The position numbers and the translations under genes were made by a program. From assembly GCA_051874695.1 (NCBI GenBank), contig JBJEGC010000007.1, positions 231,465 to 295,464 on the forward strand: a stretch of 64,000 bases of DNA. Reading direction: 5' to 3'. Shown in pieces: positions 8,701 through 17,288 of this stretch. Numbering within the stretch: position 1 is the stretch's first letter; each line of letters begins with the position of its first letter. Origin of the DNA: Candidatus Bruticola sp. (GTDB lineage Bacteria > Vulcanimicrobiota > Xenobia > Xenobiales > Xenobiaceae). The notes under the pieces were generated by a model. It was not told where the DNA came from, did not search any database, and was given only the letters and a program-made list of their open reading frames with translations.

Positions 8701-10010
8701 AATTCAGGATAATCACTCCAAGTTTCTGCCGGATCTATGTCCGCTTCTTCTAATGTAAGGCTACGTACAGCCATAGGAACGCACATGGTGCGTCCGTTTA
8801 AAACGGATTCGTAGCCCAATCCTATTAAATCAGATCCGAAAAGATCTGCGTAATTTGCTCTTACAATAAACTGGGGAACTCGGCAAATGGGACGACCGTG
8901 ATGCAGTAAAAAAGCGGTCTCGCATCGCCTGGCAAACTGCCCTTCTTTTTTCATATGTTCAGGTAGAGGAGTCAGTCTGTCCAGTAAAATGCCGAAGTCT
9001 GTTTTGGCACAAAGTTCTCCCAAAGAACAGTCGCCGCCTTGGAGAAGTAAGTTCGAATGGCCAGGCTTGGGAGGCTGCCCCCAGGGACGAACCGCTGAAC
9101 CGTTGGGAACTACACCGTAAGATCTGGCTGTACTTAAATCGTAAATACCGCCTACAAGTTCGCCCTGGCGCACTAGAGGCAGAGGAGTCTTGGTAATTCC
9201 TTCTCCGTCAAAGGGCACGCTGCCAAAGCCTCCATGCAGGGAAGCATTGTCGGTTATATTGACACAGGGAGCCAGCCATGGAGAATTTTTAGGCAGAGAC
9301 TTAAAGAGCGGCGCATCAGCATAGAGCATCTCCTTAGCAAAATCTTCGAGCAGCTTGCCGCAAGCACTGGCTGTAAATACGCCCGGAAGGGTATTGCTGT
9401 CAGGCCAAGCCATTTCTGCAGAATGTACGGAGCGCCAGGCCAATCGGCATAGCATCTCCGCGGGAGAATGCTGGGCAGAAGTACTGTAGATGGCATCTCC
9501 GATGGGGATGCCGTCGTTGGAATTTAGAGTAAGTAGATGCAGAATACGGCCGGCACAGCGCTCTCCGCTTCTGGTTGTGATTTTTAAAGTATGCTGCAGT
9601 AGCCTGGCACTGAGGGAAAAATGCCTATCCGGCAACAGGGAAGGAAGCATAAAGTCAAGTCCTTGAATAAGGGCTTTAAACTTCATAATTGAGTCTTCAA
9701 GCTGCTGTGAGGTCTCAGCTGTGCTGGGAGCCGGAGTCGGAGAAATCAGTCCTTTTTGTGAGAAGGAGCCGCGCTTGCCGCCGACAGCATTTTGGGCTGC
9801 TTTTTGCAGCAAATCACTAATCGAAAATTCTCCTTCGGACCAAACATAGCCTAGCCGCCCGTCTACATTGATTCTAAGTCCGAGCCCGGGTTTAAATATG
9901 CGCTGCTCAGGCTGAGCTAAATTCACTTCCGTATAAACTTCTTCAGAAACTTCGGCGTCTCTGGCCATACCGAGTGCTTTGACCAGCAACTGATTTGCAT
10001 AACTGGCCAT
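8691..10010 (-). CDS. TldD/PmbA-family metallopeptidase-like protein
   Basis: 439-aa ORF. The C-terminal half has the PmbA_TldD pattern (PFDGEGITKTPLPLVRQGELVGGIYDLSTA, SNLLLQGGDCSLGEL, GILLDRL). Its stop overlaps the lpxD start by 10 nt. Confidence 0.75.
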   Translation of the reverse strand: MASYANQLLVKALGMARDAEVSEEVYTEVNLAQPEQRIFKPGLGLRINVDGRLGYVWSEGEFSISDLLQKAAQNAVGGKRGSFSQKGLISPTPAPSTAETSQQLEDSIMKFKALIQGLDFMLPSLLPDRHFSLSARLLQHTLKITTRSGERCAGRILHLLTLNSNDGIPIGDAIYSTSAQHSPAEMLCRLAWRSVHSAEMAWPDSNTLPGVFTASACGKLLEDFAKEMLYADAPLFKSLPKNSPWLAPCVNITDNASLHGGFGSVPFDGEGITKTPLPLVRQGELVGGIYDLSTARSYGVVPNGSAVRPWGQPPKPGHSNLLLQGGDCSLGELCAKTDFGILLDRLTPLPEHMKKEGQFARRCETAFLLHHGRPICRVPQFIVRANYADLFGSDLIGLGYESVLNGRTMCVPMAVRSLTLEEADIDPAETWSDYPELWW

Positions 10011-10012
10011 AA

Positions 10013-10660
10013 TTATTCGGCACTCCTTAGAAGAAGTATATTGTAGGGGAGCACTTCCATATTAGAGAGCAGTTCTGACAGTTTATATTCATCATTCGCT
10101 GCTCCATTTTCGGTTGGCAGAATAAGTTGCCAAAGCTGTTCGGTTGATGACGTTTGCTTGAGCTTGGCACCGTTAATGGCTGCCCATTGTTTGGCAACTC
10201 GCCGACTGTGCTTGTCGTCTAAATACAGGAAGCAACAGGTTAAGTTTTGTCGCTCAACTATTCTGATGAAGTTTTCCAGGCCTGAGGCTGCGTCTCGAGC
10301 AGAAGCTCCTCGTAAGTCAAGGCAGGGAGTTCCTTTAAATACAGAAGCTTCGGAGTGGGACGAGGCTTTAAAAAGGTCCGATTTCAGCAGTTCGGAGCTT
10401 TGAGACTGATTTTGAGCCGTTTCGGAGAGAACACGATAACTGCTTAGGACAACTTCTGCTTGAGGATTGAGATAGCGCCTCAAAGTGCCCTGCAGTCCTT
10501 TTACTAGAAAAGCTGTAGGCAGTCCGGGGGCAAAGCGCTCTAAACTAACATTTAGCCTGTTTAATTCTTTGTCGAAATTGAAATCTGTGAAACGTACCCC
10601 CTCATTATTAAAAGTTTTAGTCAGTTTGTTTAAAATTTCCTCAGGGGTGTACTTCTCCAT
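10013..10660 (-). CDS. Hypothetical protein (operon partner of the TldD/PmbA-like gene)
   Basis: 215-aa ORF with a 2-nt gap to the downstream gene. I recognise no confident family. I have only a weak impression of an Nfu/NifU-like N-half and a TusA-like C-half lacking the Cys-Pro active site. Confidence 0.55.
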   Translation of the reverse strand: MEKYTPEEILNKLTKTFNNEGVRFTDFNFDKELNRLNVSLERFAPGLPTAFLVKGLQGTLRRYLNPQAEVVLSSYRVLSETAQNQSQSSELLKSDLFKASSHSEASVFKGTPCLDLRGASARDAASGLENFIRIVERQNLTCCFLYLDDKHSRRVAKQWAAINGAKLKQTSSTEQLWQLILPTENGAANDEYKLSELLSNMEVLPYNILLLRSAE

Positions 10661-10872
10661 TTAATATTTCCTTTATCATGTTTGGTTTCAGCAACTGGGC
10701 AAGTTAAGTGAGCAGAAATTCGCCTGTATTAGCGTCATAAAGAAGGCGCCGTCCAGTCTTGAATCTCTTCTTGGGTGAGGAGATTAGGCTGCACGGCGCT
10801 CCTGATTAGTTTTGGGCGTCAGCACGGAAACAGCCGACGGCAAGAAATTAATTTGTATCGGAGCAGGGCAAA

Positions 10873-12426
10873 TTAGAAAACGGCTGTACCCGGATCTATT
10901 TTAGCCTGCTGGTAAAAATCTTGCCAGAGTTTCTTCTCATTGTTCATGCGTTCAACGCTGACGTTCTTACTCTTTATTTTTGATAATACATCTCGCCGAC
11001 TGCTCTCCACTTCTTTGAAGCGACCGGGCTTCCAGGAATATTCATCGAGATTGTATATATCGCGGTTGCGGTACTCTCCTACTTTATAAAGGACAGCGTA
11101 ATTCTTCTCAAGATAGTATAGGGCTTCGAATGAAAAAGGATTGAGCTTATGCGCTTTTTCGAAGCACTGAGCTGCGTCGTAGAAATAGCTCTCTACGGGA
11201 CGGTTTTTGTCTTGTGCTTTATCGCCTTTGCGCAAGCGCTCATATCGATATATACCTGCTCTTAAGTAGTTTTGTCCTTGATTAAATTTAAACGATGAAT
11301 AGGTCCAGAAGCCGAGTATTGTAGCTATCAATAGAGGTAATACCACTAAAGTGAAGACGCTGGCTACCTTATACTTAGCAGTGGAGTCGCCTTTATCTTT
11401 GGGAGCATTTCCCGAGACAATGCGCTCTCTGGCAGCATAGAAATCTTGTTCGATAGTTTCTTTAGTTTTGGAAGCTAAAGCTCTTATTTTGGCTTCGTAG
11501 CGATTGGAAGACAGTATTTTTGTGCATATGTCGGAGGCTGCCTCCAGAAAGCCGGAGTGGCCAATTTCTTCAGCCATAAGCAGCCAGTCTTCGGGATCGC
11601 TGTTAGTTATTTCATGAATAACTTCGCCGGGACGAATTGAGTCGTCTAGTTCCAAAGCTTTAGCAAGATGAACTGCAGCACGTTCCGGCTCTCCTATAGC
11701 CATAGAGCACAGACCTAAACCATAATGCGCATCGATATTGTTAGGAAAGCGTTTTAAGCTATTCTGAATATCGAAATGGAGCTCCGAAAATTTTCCTTTG
11801 TCGAAAAGTTCAAGTTGCTCTTCTGTGAAAATATCGGCTATTTTACGGGGCGCTGCCTGAACATTAGGGGGAGTAGCCTGTGGCTCAGCGTTAATTTTTA
11901 CCGGAATTTGCGATACGGGAGGAGCAGCGGTTGGCACTGCCGATTGCTGAGGCTGCGGTGGCCTTCCTCCCGGTACGCCCACGGGCGGCTGGTTCTGCTG
12001 AGGGTATCCGGACGGCATAGCTCTGGGCTGCGGCGGCCTTCCTCCCGGTACGCCCACGGGCGGCTGGTTCTGCTGAGGGTATCCGGATGGCATAGCTCTG
12101 GGCTGCGGCGGCCTTCCTCCCGGCACGCCTACGGGCGGCTGGCTTTGCTGAGGGTATCCGGGCGCTATGGGTCTGGGCTGCGGTGGCCTTCCTCCTGGCA
12201 CGCCTATGGGCGGCTGAGCCGACTGGGGGTATCCGGACGGAGTAGGTCTGGGCTGCGGCGCGTGAGCGGGATAGCCTTGTCTGGGAGTGTGTTGTTGGAA
12301 CGAAAGCGACTGCTGAGACGTACCTGGAGCCATTCTTTGAGCATGAAAACTGTCGGCAGGGGTATCTTGACTGCCCTGTTGATTTTGGAGAGTTAGATTG
12401 CTGCGCGGCGGCATTTGCATGCTCAC
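10873..12426 (-). CDS. Pro/Gln-rich tandem-repeat protein with TPR-like helices and one transmembrane segment
   Basis: 517-aa ORF. The N-terminal ~170 aa are Pro/Gln-rich, with repeated units PQPRAMPSGYPQQNQPPVGVPGGRP. Also has TPR-like regions (AHYGLGLCSMAIGEPERAAVHLAKALELD) and a TM helix VASVFTLVVLPLLIATILGFW. Confidence 0.7.
   Translation of the reverse strand: MSMQMPPRSNLTLQNQQGSQDTPADSFHAQRMAPGTSQQSLSFQQHTPRQGYPAHAPQPRPTPSGYPQSAQPPIGVPGGRPPQPRPIAPGYPQQSQPPVGVPGGRPPQPRAMPSGYPQQNQPPVGVPGGRPPQPRAMPSGYPQQNQPPVGVPGGRPPQPQQSAVPTAAPPVSQIPVKINAEPQATPPNVQAAPRKIADIFTEEQLELFDKGKFSELHFDIQNSLKRFPNNIDAHYGLGLCSMAIGEPERAAVHLAKALELDDSIRPGEVIHEITNSDPEDWLLMAEEIGHSGFLEAASDICTKILSSNRYEAKIRALASKTKETIEQDFYAARERIVSGNAPKDKGDSTAKYKVASVFTLVVLPLLIATILGFWTYSSFKFNQGQNYLRAGIYRYERLRKGDKAQDKNRPVESYFYDAAQCFEKAHKLNPFSFEALYYLEKNYAVLYKVGEYRNRDIYNLDEYSWKPGRFKEVESSRRDVLSKIKSKNVSVERMNNEKKLWQDFYQQAKIDPGTAVF
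11945..12262 (-). repeat. In-frame 75-nt tandem repeat (about 4 copies) encoding the Pro-rich 25-aa unit
   Basis: Unit GGGCTGCGGCGGCCTTCCTCCCGGTACGCCCACGGGCGGCTGGTTCTGCTGAGGGTATCCGGA(C/T)GGCATAGCTCT recurs head-to-tail. Two adjacent copies are nearly identical and the outer copies are more diverged. Confidence 0.85.
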
Positions 12427-12849
12427 TTGAGTACATCCTTTTCGAAACTATTAGGAGACAAAGTCCTTAGTATAGTCTTCACGCAACAGACCAAAAGGTC
12501 TAGAGTGTCTACCTTTGAACAACAGCTGTTTTATGTATCGCTCTGTACACAAAAGAGGTTAACCTGTGTTTGTTTCTGTGCGTCGGGGTGCTGCAGACTG
12601 CTAGAATACTAGGCCCGCCGACTGTTTACTGCTGCGCCCGACAAGGCTCCTCGTATTTGACAAAAAAGACTTATAACCTTTTGTCTATTAGCTTTAGGGT
12701 GGTAAATTGGCATAATTACTCAGTCTATTTTCGATTGTAAATGATAATAGATTAATAGTAATTCAATGTTTTAAACGGCAAGGAAAAGGACAGTCAGCCT
12801 GATATTATATAAGACTGTTTAGTTTATTAAGGTTGCAGCGGAGGCATAT

Positions 12850-13545
12850 ATGATTTCACCTAGTGGCAGGCTGGTGTGTCTGCTGGCCCTTTTATCTGTT
12901 CTGTACGGATGTGGAGAGAATGTCGCTAAAAAAGGCGGAGCAGAACTTCCTGCTGATGGGCAGGCTCCCGCGCCTACCGCTAGTCAAAAATCAGAGATAA
13001 AAGACGGTGATACTGATGATGCTGCTACAAGTTCCCCCAATACTGTCAGCAAAGATAAAATACTGAAAGACGGTGCTGCGGAAGCTCCAGAAGAAGCTAA
13101 GGTAAGAGAGGATAGGCAAGGGGTTAATACTATGTCTATCTCTGCTAAAGGTGAGTCTCCCTGGAGTTTAGAGGCTAGCCGCATTGTTTACGATGACTCA
13201 ACCAAAAAAGCCAGAGCTTCCAGCATTACTTGGAATTTGCTTGATAAAGACGGCAAATCTTCGCTTGAATTAAAGGGTGATGCCGCCGTGGTAAATTTAG
13301 AAACTCAGGGGTTGGCTTTTGAAGGGCCCGTTCATGCTGTCGGCCCTAAAGGAGAGAATATTATCTGCACTAAGCTTATTTGGGACAGCCAAACAAGGAA
13401 ATTGCGTGGTTCTCACGGAGTAAAAGTTATTAGGGAAGGTTCTGTTATGACCGGGGACAATATGGTAGCTTCTCCCGATTTGAAACAGATCGAAGTTGAG
13501 GGCAATGTGCGTATCCATTTTAACTCTAACTCCGAATTGAATTAG
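12850..13545 (+). CDS. LptC/OstA-like periplasmic LPS-transport lipoprotein
   Basis: 231-aa ORF with a lipoprotein signal (LLALLSVLYG-C). The C-terminal ~120 aa form a beta-jellyroll-like pattern (ELKGDAAVVNLETQGLAFEGPVHAV..VEGNVRIHF). Lies immediately upstream of lptB. Confidence 0.55.
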   Translation: MISPSGRLVCLLALLSVLYGCGENVAKKGGAELPADGQAPAPTASQKSEIKDGDTDDAATSSPNTVSKDKILKDGAAEAPEEAKVREDRQGVNTMSISAKGESPWSLEASRIVYDDSTKKARASSITWNLLDKDGKSSLELKGDAAVVNLETQGLAFEGPVHAVGPKGENIICTKLIWDSQTRKLRGSHGVKVIREGSVMTGDNMVASPDLKQIEVEGNVRIHFNSNSELN

Positions 13546-13569
13546 GCTGTTAAGGCGAGAGGGCGAAGA

Positions 13570-14370
13570 ATGGCTATCAAAGCTGAAGGTCTGGTTAAGA
13601 TATATAAAGAGCGTCGTGTTGTTGATGGAGTAAACTTCGAGGTGGGTCCCGGAGAAGTTGTGGGACTTTTAGGAGCTAATGGAGCTGGTAAAACCACTAC
13701 TTTTTATATGGTGGTGGGGTTAATCCGTCCTGATGGGGGAAAGATATTCCTTAACGGTAACGACGTCACATCTCTGCCTATGCATGTAAGGGCCAGGCTG
13801 GGTATAGGCTATTTACCTCAAGAAGCTTCAGCCTTTCGTAAACTTACAGTAGAAGATAATTTGCGCCTTTTATGGCAAATTAATGGAGTCTCACAAAAAG
13901 AACAGGCTGAACGCTTGGAAAAACTTCTCGATGAGTACCAGTTACATAAAGTGCGTCACAGTCGGGCCGTAGAGCTTTCTGGTGGCGAACGTAGGCGTCT
14001 GGAAATAGCCCGTTCTTTGGCTATTAAACCCCAGTATCTTTTGTTGGACGAACCTTTCTCCGGCGTCGATCCTATAGCGGTAGCCTCTATTCAGAAAATT
14101 ATTCGCAGTGTCAAAGCTCAGGGGTTGGGAGTTTTAATTACAGATCACAACGTAAGAGAAACGTTGGCTATTACCGACAGGGCTTACATTATACGTGAAG
14201 GCAGAATTTTGGTTTCCGGCAGCGCCGTTGAGTTGGCCAACAACTCAGATGCGCGTAAGTATTATTTGGGAGAATCCTACCGGACCGGTTTTGAAAATGA
14301 GCAAACTGCCGCAGAGGTAGATAAAGCTATAGTGGAAGAAGAGGCGGGGAGGCAAAGAAAAACTAGCTAA
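13570..14370 (+). CDS. lptB: LPS export ABC transporter ATP-binding protein LptB
   Basis: 266-aa ORF with Walker A GANGAGKTT, signature LSGGERRRLEIAR and Walker B LLLDEPFSGVDP. Has the LptB-typical N-terminus (LVKIYKERRVVDGVNFEV). Followed by an LptF/G permease. Confidence 0.9.
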   Translation: MAIKAEGLVKIYKERRVVDGVNFEVGPGEVVGLLGANGAGKTTTFYMVVGLIRPDGGKIFLNGNDVTSLPMHVRARLGIGYLPQEASAFRKLTVEDNLRLLWQINGVSQKEQAERLEKLLDEYQLHKVRHSRAVELSGGERRRLEIARSLAIKPQYLLLDEPFSGVDPIAVASIQKIIRSVKAQGLGVLITDHNVRETLAITDRAYIIREGRILVSGSAVELANNSDARKYYLGESYRTGFENEQTAAEVDKAIVEEEAGRQRKTS

Positions 14371-14459
14371 TTACGTTGTAGTTTAGCGTACTGAATAGTA
14401 TTTTTCTGCTTCGAAATTTGCCAGAAAAGTCGGATTAGAGGGCAAGTACACATATATTT

Positions 14460-15590
14460 ATGAAAATTCTCGATCGTTACATAATGGCGGAAATGGCCGG
14501 CCCGTTTTTGTTCGGAGTTTGTGCCTTTACCCTGTTGTTTTTCTCTGCTGAAACGTTGATGGGCGTGGCCAAAATGATTTTGGAATCCCAAGCTGGTGTA
14601 GGCATGGTCATTAAGTATCTTTTCAACCGCTTGCCCTATGTGCTGATCATGACTTTCCCTATGTCCGCACTGCTTTCGGCTCTTATGGCTTACGGTCGCC
14701 TTTCCGGAGACAGTGAGATTATCGCTCTTAAGGCCGGAGGAGTAGGCTTCTTTCGCATATTTTTGCCCGGCTTTTTCTTCTGTTTCTTTATTTCCATGGT
14801 GTCTTTGGCTATTAACCAGTACTGGGTTCCGCCGGCCACGAAACAGGCTTACAATATGGTTATGAAGCTGGAGGCTCCAGATCAAATTGAACGGGCCTTA
14901 ATTACTTCTCCCCGCTTGTTGTCTAATGGAGACGAGCAGCTGGTCTATGCTCATGTGCTCAACGTAAGCGAGCAGACCATGAAAGGTGTTTATGTCCATT
15001 TTTTCCGCAACAACAATCGTTTGCGTGAAATGTATGCTAAAGAGGCGCGCTGGAATGATAAACTTAAGGTTTGGGAAGTTTTAGATATTGAAGCCCGAGA
15101 CTTCAACCCGGTTACTGGTGAAGAGCGGTATGCTGCCAAAGGAAGAGTCGGTTGGACAGCTTTGGATAAAGGCGACTCTCCGGCTAGTCCGGATCTGCTG
15201 GCTCAGCGCAAATTGCGTCCGGAGGAGATGACTGCTCAGGAACTCTCCACGTATCTTAGTTCTTTGCCTCCTATAGAGAAAACAAACCCGGAGGAGTACC
15301 GCAAGCGCAACAAGTACAAGGTTATGTATCATCAGAAAATTTCTCTGCCTATGAGCTGTTTAGTATTTGGAGCTTTTGCCATTCCTTTGGGATTGCGTCC
15401 GCAGAGAACCAGTACTTCCATCGGTTTCGGTCTCTCGCTGTTTTTTATTTTGCTGTACTACGTGTTTATGACTATTGGCATGATGCTGGGAGAAAACGGC
15501 ACTGCCGCTCCGTGGGTGGCCGCCTGGCTTCCTAACATTATTTTTGCAGTGGTGGGTATCGTTTTTGTAGCGGATGCTTCAAGAAAATAG
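14460..15590 (+). CDS. LptF/LptG-family LPS export permease (YjgP/YjgQ)
   Basis: 376-aa ORF with N-terminus MKILDRYIMAEMAGPFLFGVCAFTLLFF, typical of the family. Six TM segments flank a periplasmic beta-jellyroll insert. Confidence 0.85.
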   Translation: MKILDRYIMAEMAGPFLFGVCAFTLLFFSAETLMGVAKMILESQAGVGMVIKYLFNRLPYVLIMTFPMSALLSALMAYGRLSGDSEIIALKAGGVGFFRIFLPGFFFCFFISMVSLAINQYWVPPATKQAYNMVMKLEAPDQIERALITSPRLLSNGDEQLVYAHVLNVSEQTMKGVYVHFFRNNNRLREMYAKEARWNDKLKVWEVLDIEARDFNPVTGEERYAAKGRVGWTALDKGDSPASPDLLAQRKLRPEEMTAQELSTYLSSLPPIEKTNPEEYRKRNKYKVMYHQKISLPMSCLVFGAFAIPLGLRPQRTSTSIGFGLSLFFILLYYVFMTIGMMLGENGTAAPWVAAWLPNIIFAVVGIVFVADASRK

Positions 15591-15726
15591 GCGAGTTTGT
15601 TTGACATTGTAACAGTAAAGAAAATTAGCTTAATTCGGATGATATAACTAATGTAAAAGCATTATGTGTTATGGTATGGTAACCCATAGGTACTCTATGC
15701 CCTGATAAGGGCAGGCTTTCCGGTCT

Positions 15727-16779
15727 TTGTATACAGGTCGGGATAGGCTTTACAAAGTAGGAGCAGCGCAGACATTGGACTCTTTTTCTTGGCAAACCGT
15801 CATGAGAATAGCCTTCGTATATGCTTTGGTTTCAGCTGTAGCTGCAGGTATTGCCTATTTGGCTAATCAGTTGGGACGGCAAATCGGCAAGCGCAAAATG
15901 AGTGTTCTTCATTTGCGTCCGCGCCATACTTCTATTTTGATAACTACTGTTACCGGTGTGGCTATAGCGCTTATCACTCTTACTGTTTTCGCTTGTCTCT
16001 CGGAGCCGGTGCGCACTTTGCTTATAGGTTTGGAAAAATTGCGTACTGAGGAGACTCAGCTTAGACAAAACATTATGTCTTTGCAAAAAACTTTGGCCGA
16101 AGGCAGTTTTATTTGGCGCATTGATGAGCCCATTGTGCATATGACTATTCCTGGCGGACTTTCCTATGAACGTACTCGCGCCGCAGTTACTAGCCTTTTA
16201 GCTGAAGCTAATGTGCGCACTATAATGCGTACCAATTCTATTGCTGCCGAGAAAGGTGATAAGCCTATTCCGGTAAGCGACGTACTTATCGATTACGATC
16301 CTGAACAAGTCGAAGATATGATCAGTTCCATATCTGCTGAACAAGGATTTATAGGCTTACGAGTTTTAGCTTCTCAGAACAGTCTGTATGCCCATAAAGC
16401 TCCACTGCGTTTGGAGTCTTGGAAAGTACGCAAAGTTTTTTCCGAGGGTGAAATAGTCTCTAAAAGAGAAATGGACAATCAACAGGCCGGTTTGGAATTT
16501 CTCAAATTTATTGAAGACACCAGACAAGAAGCAATATCTAAGGGAATGCGTCCAATTGACGGTGAACTGGGAGGCGAACTTAATAGTGAGGACTTTGAAC
16601 GACTGCAAAAGGATATAAGCCGGGAAAAAGGTAAATTCGAGGTGGTGGCTGTGGCTAATCGCGATCTTTATGAAACCAGCAGCCTGGATATAAGGGTTGA
16701 AGTACACAGTTTGGAACCGCAATCAAATTCTGAGTCGTATAGTGGGGTTGGCAATAGCGGAGAGGAAGTGTATTATTGA
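15727..16779 (+). CDS. Membrane-anchored coiled-coil protein of unknown function (DUF3084-like impression)
   Basis: 350-aa ORF with two N-terminal TM helices followed by a coiled coil (LEKLRTEETQLRQNIMSLQKTL). The start is uncertain: TTG 15727, TTG 15775 after AGGAG, or ATG 15802. Confidence 0.55.
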   Translation: MYTGRDRLYKVGAAQTLDSFSWQTVMRIAFVYALVSAVAAGIAYLANQLGRQIGKRKMSVLHLRPRHTSILITTVTGVAIALITLTVFACLSEPVRTLLIGLEKLRTEETQLRQNIMSLQKTLAEGSFIWRIDEPIVHMTIPGGLSYERTRAAVTSLLAEANVRTIMRTNSIAAEKGDKPIPVSDVLIDYDPEQVEDMISSISAEQGFIGLRVLASQNSLYAHKAPLRLESWKVRKVFSEGEIVSKREMDNQQAGLEFLKFIEDTRQEAISKGMRPIDGELGGELNSEDFERLQKDISREKGKFEVVAVANRDLYETSSLDIRVEVHSLEPQSNSESYSGVGNSGEEVYY

Positions 16780-17177
16780 TAGTCTTATCTATAGATCCGG
16801 GCAGCAAAAAGTGCGGAGTGGCTGTAGTATCCTCTCAAAACGGAGTGCTTGAACACAAGGTATTGGCTGTAGAATTGCTTGGTAAAGTATGCGCCGAGTT
16901 AGGCGGTTTTTACCGGTTCGATCATGTAATTGTGGGTGGAAGTACCGGTTCGTCTCAGGCGGTGGCTATATTGAAACAGACATTAAAGTGTAATGTTTCT
17001 ATTGTTAATGAAGCTCACTCGACTGAAAGAGCGAAGTTGCGTTACTTTGAGGATCATCCTCCTAAGGGACTGTGGCGTTTAATCCCTCTGGGCATGCAGG
17101 TCCCTTCCGGTCTTTACGACGACTACGCAGCTATAGTTTTAGCCGAAGATTTTATCGCTTTTCATAATCTCGAATGA
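16776..17177 (+). CDS. RNase H-fold YqgF/RuvX-like putative nuclease
   Basis: 133-aa ORF with N-terminus IVLSIDPGSKKCGVAVV (the DxG..K.G.A motif of RuvC/YqgF-like resolvase folds). Its TTG start overlaps the upstream TGA (TTGA). Confidence 0.55.
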   Translation: MIVLSIDPGSKKCGVAVVSSQNGVLEHKVLAVELLGKVCAELGGFYRFDHVIVGGSTGSSQAVAILKQTLKCNVSIVNEAHSTERAKLRYFEDHPPKGLWRLIPLGMQVPSGLYDDYAAIVLAEDFIAFHNLE

Positions 17178-17288
17178 CAGCTTGTCTTAACGAACAGCAA
17201 AAAAGAATTACAACTTTTCGCTTGTGGATAGGGCGGAGTTTTTTTAGTGTACAGAGGTGCGAAGGTGCATTTTAAAGAGAAAAATACT

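Noticed and set aside
11776-12436. Long ORFs in other frames or on the other strand over the Pro-rich repeat (11776-12396 +, 206 aa; 11891-12436 -, 181 aa).
   Set aside because: Their products are Arg/Ser/Gly-rich and periodic. This is the usual shadow of a GC-rich in-frame tandem repeat. The 517-aa frame continues into real TPR/TM sequence.
12415-12612. 65-aa ORF in the divergent intergenic region 12427-12849, and possible promoters around TTGACA at 12655.
   Set aside because: The ORF has no RBS and a Cys-rich odd composition. The TTGACA lacks a properly spaced -10, so I could not support a specific promoter call.
14367-14885. 172-aa minus-strand ORF overlapping the lptB end and the LptF/G start.
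   Set aside because: It is antisense to a confidently called permease and has no RBS. The His/Lys-rich product looks random.
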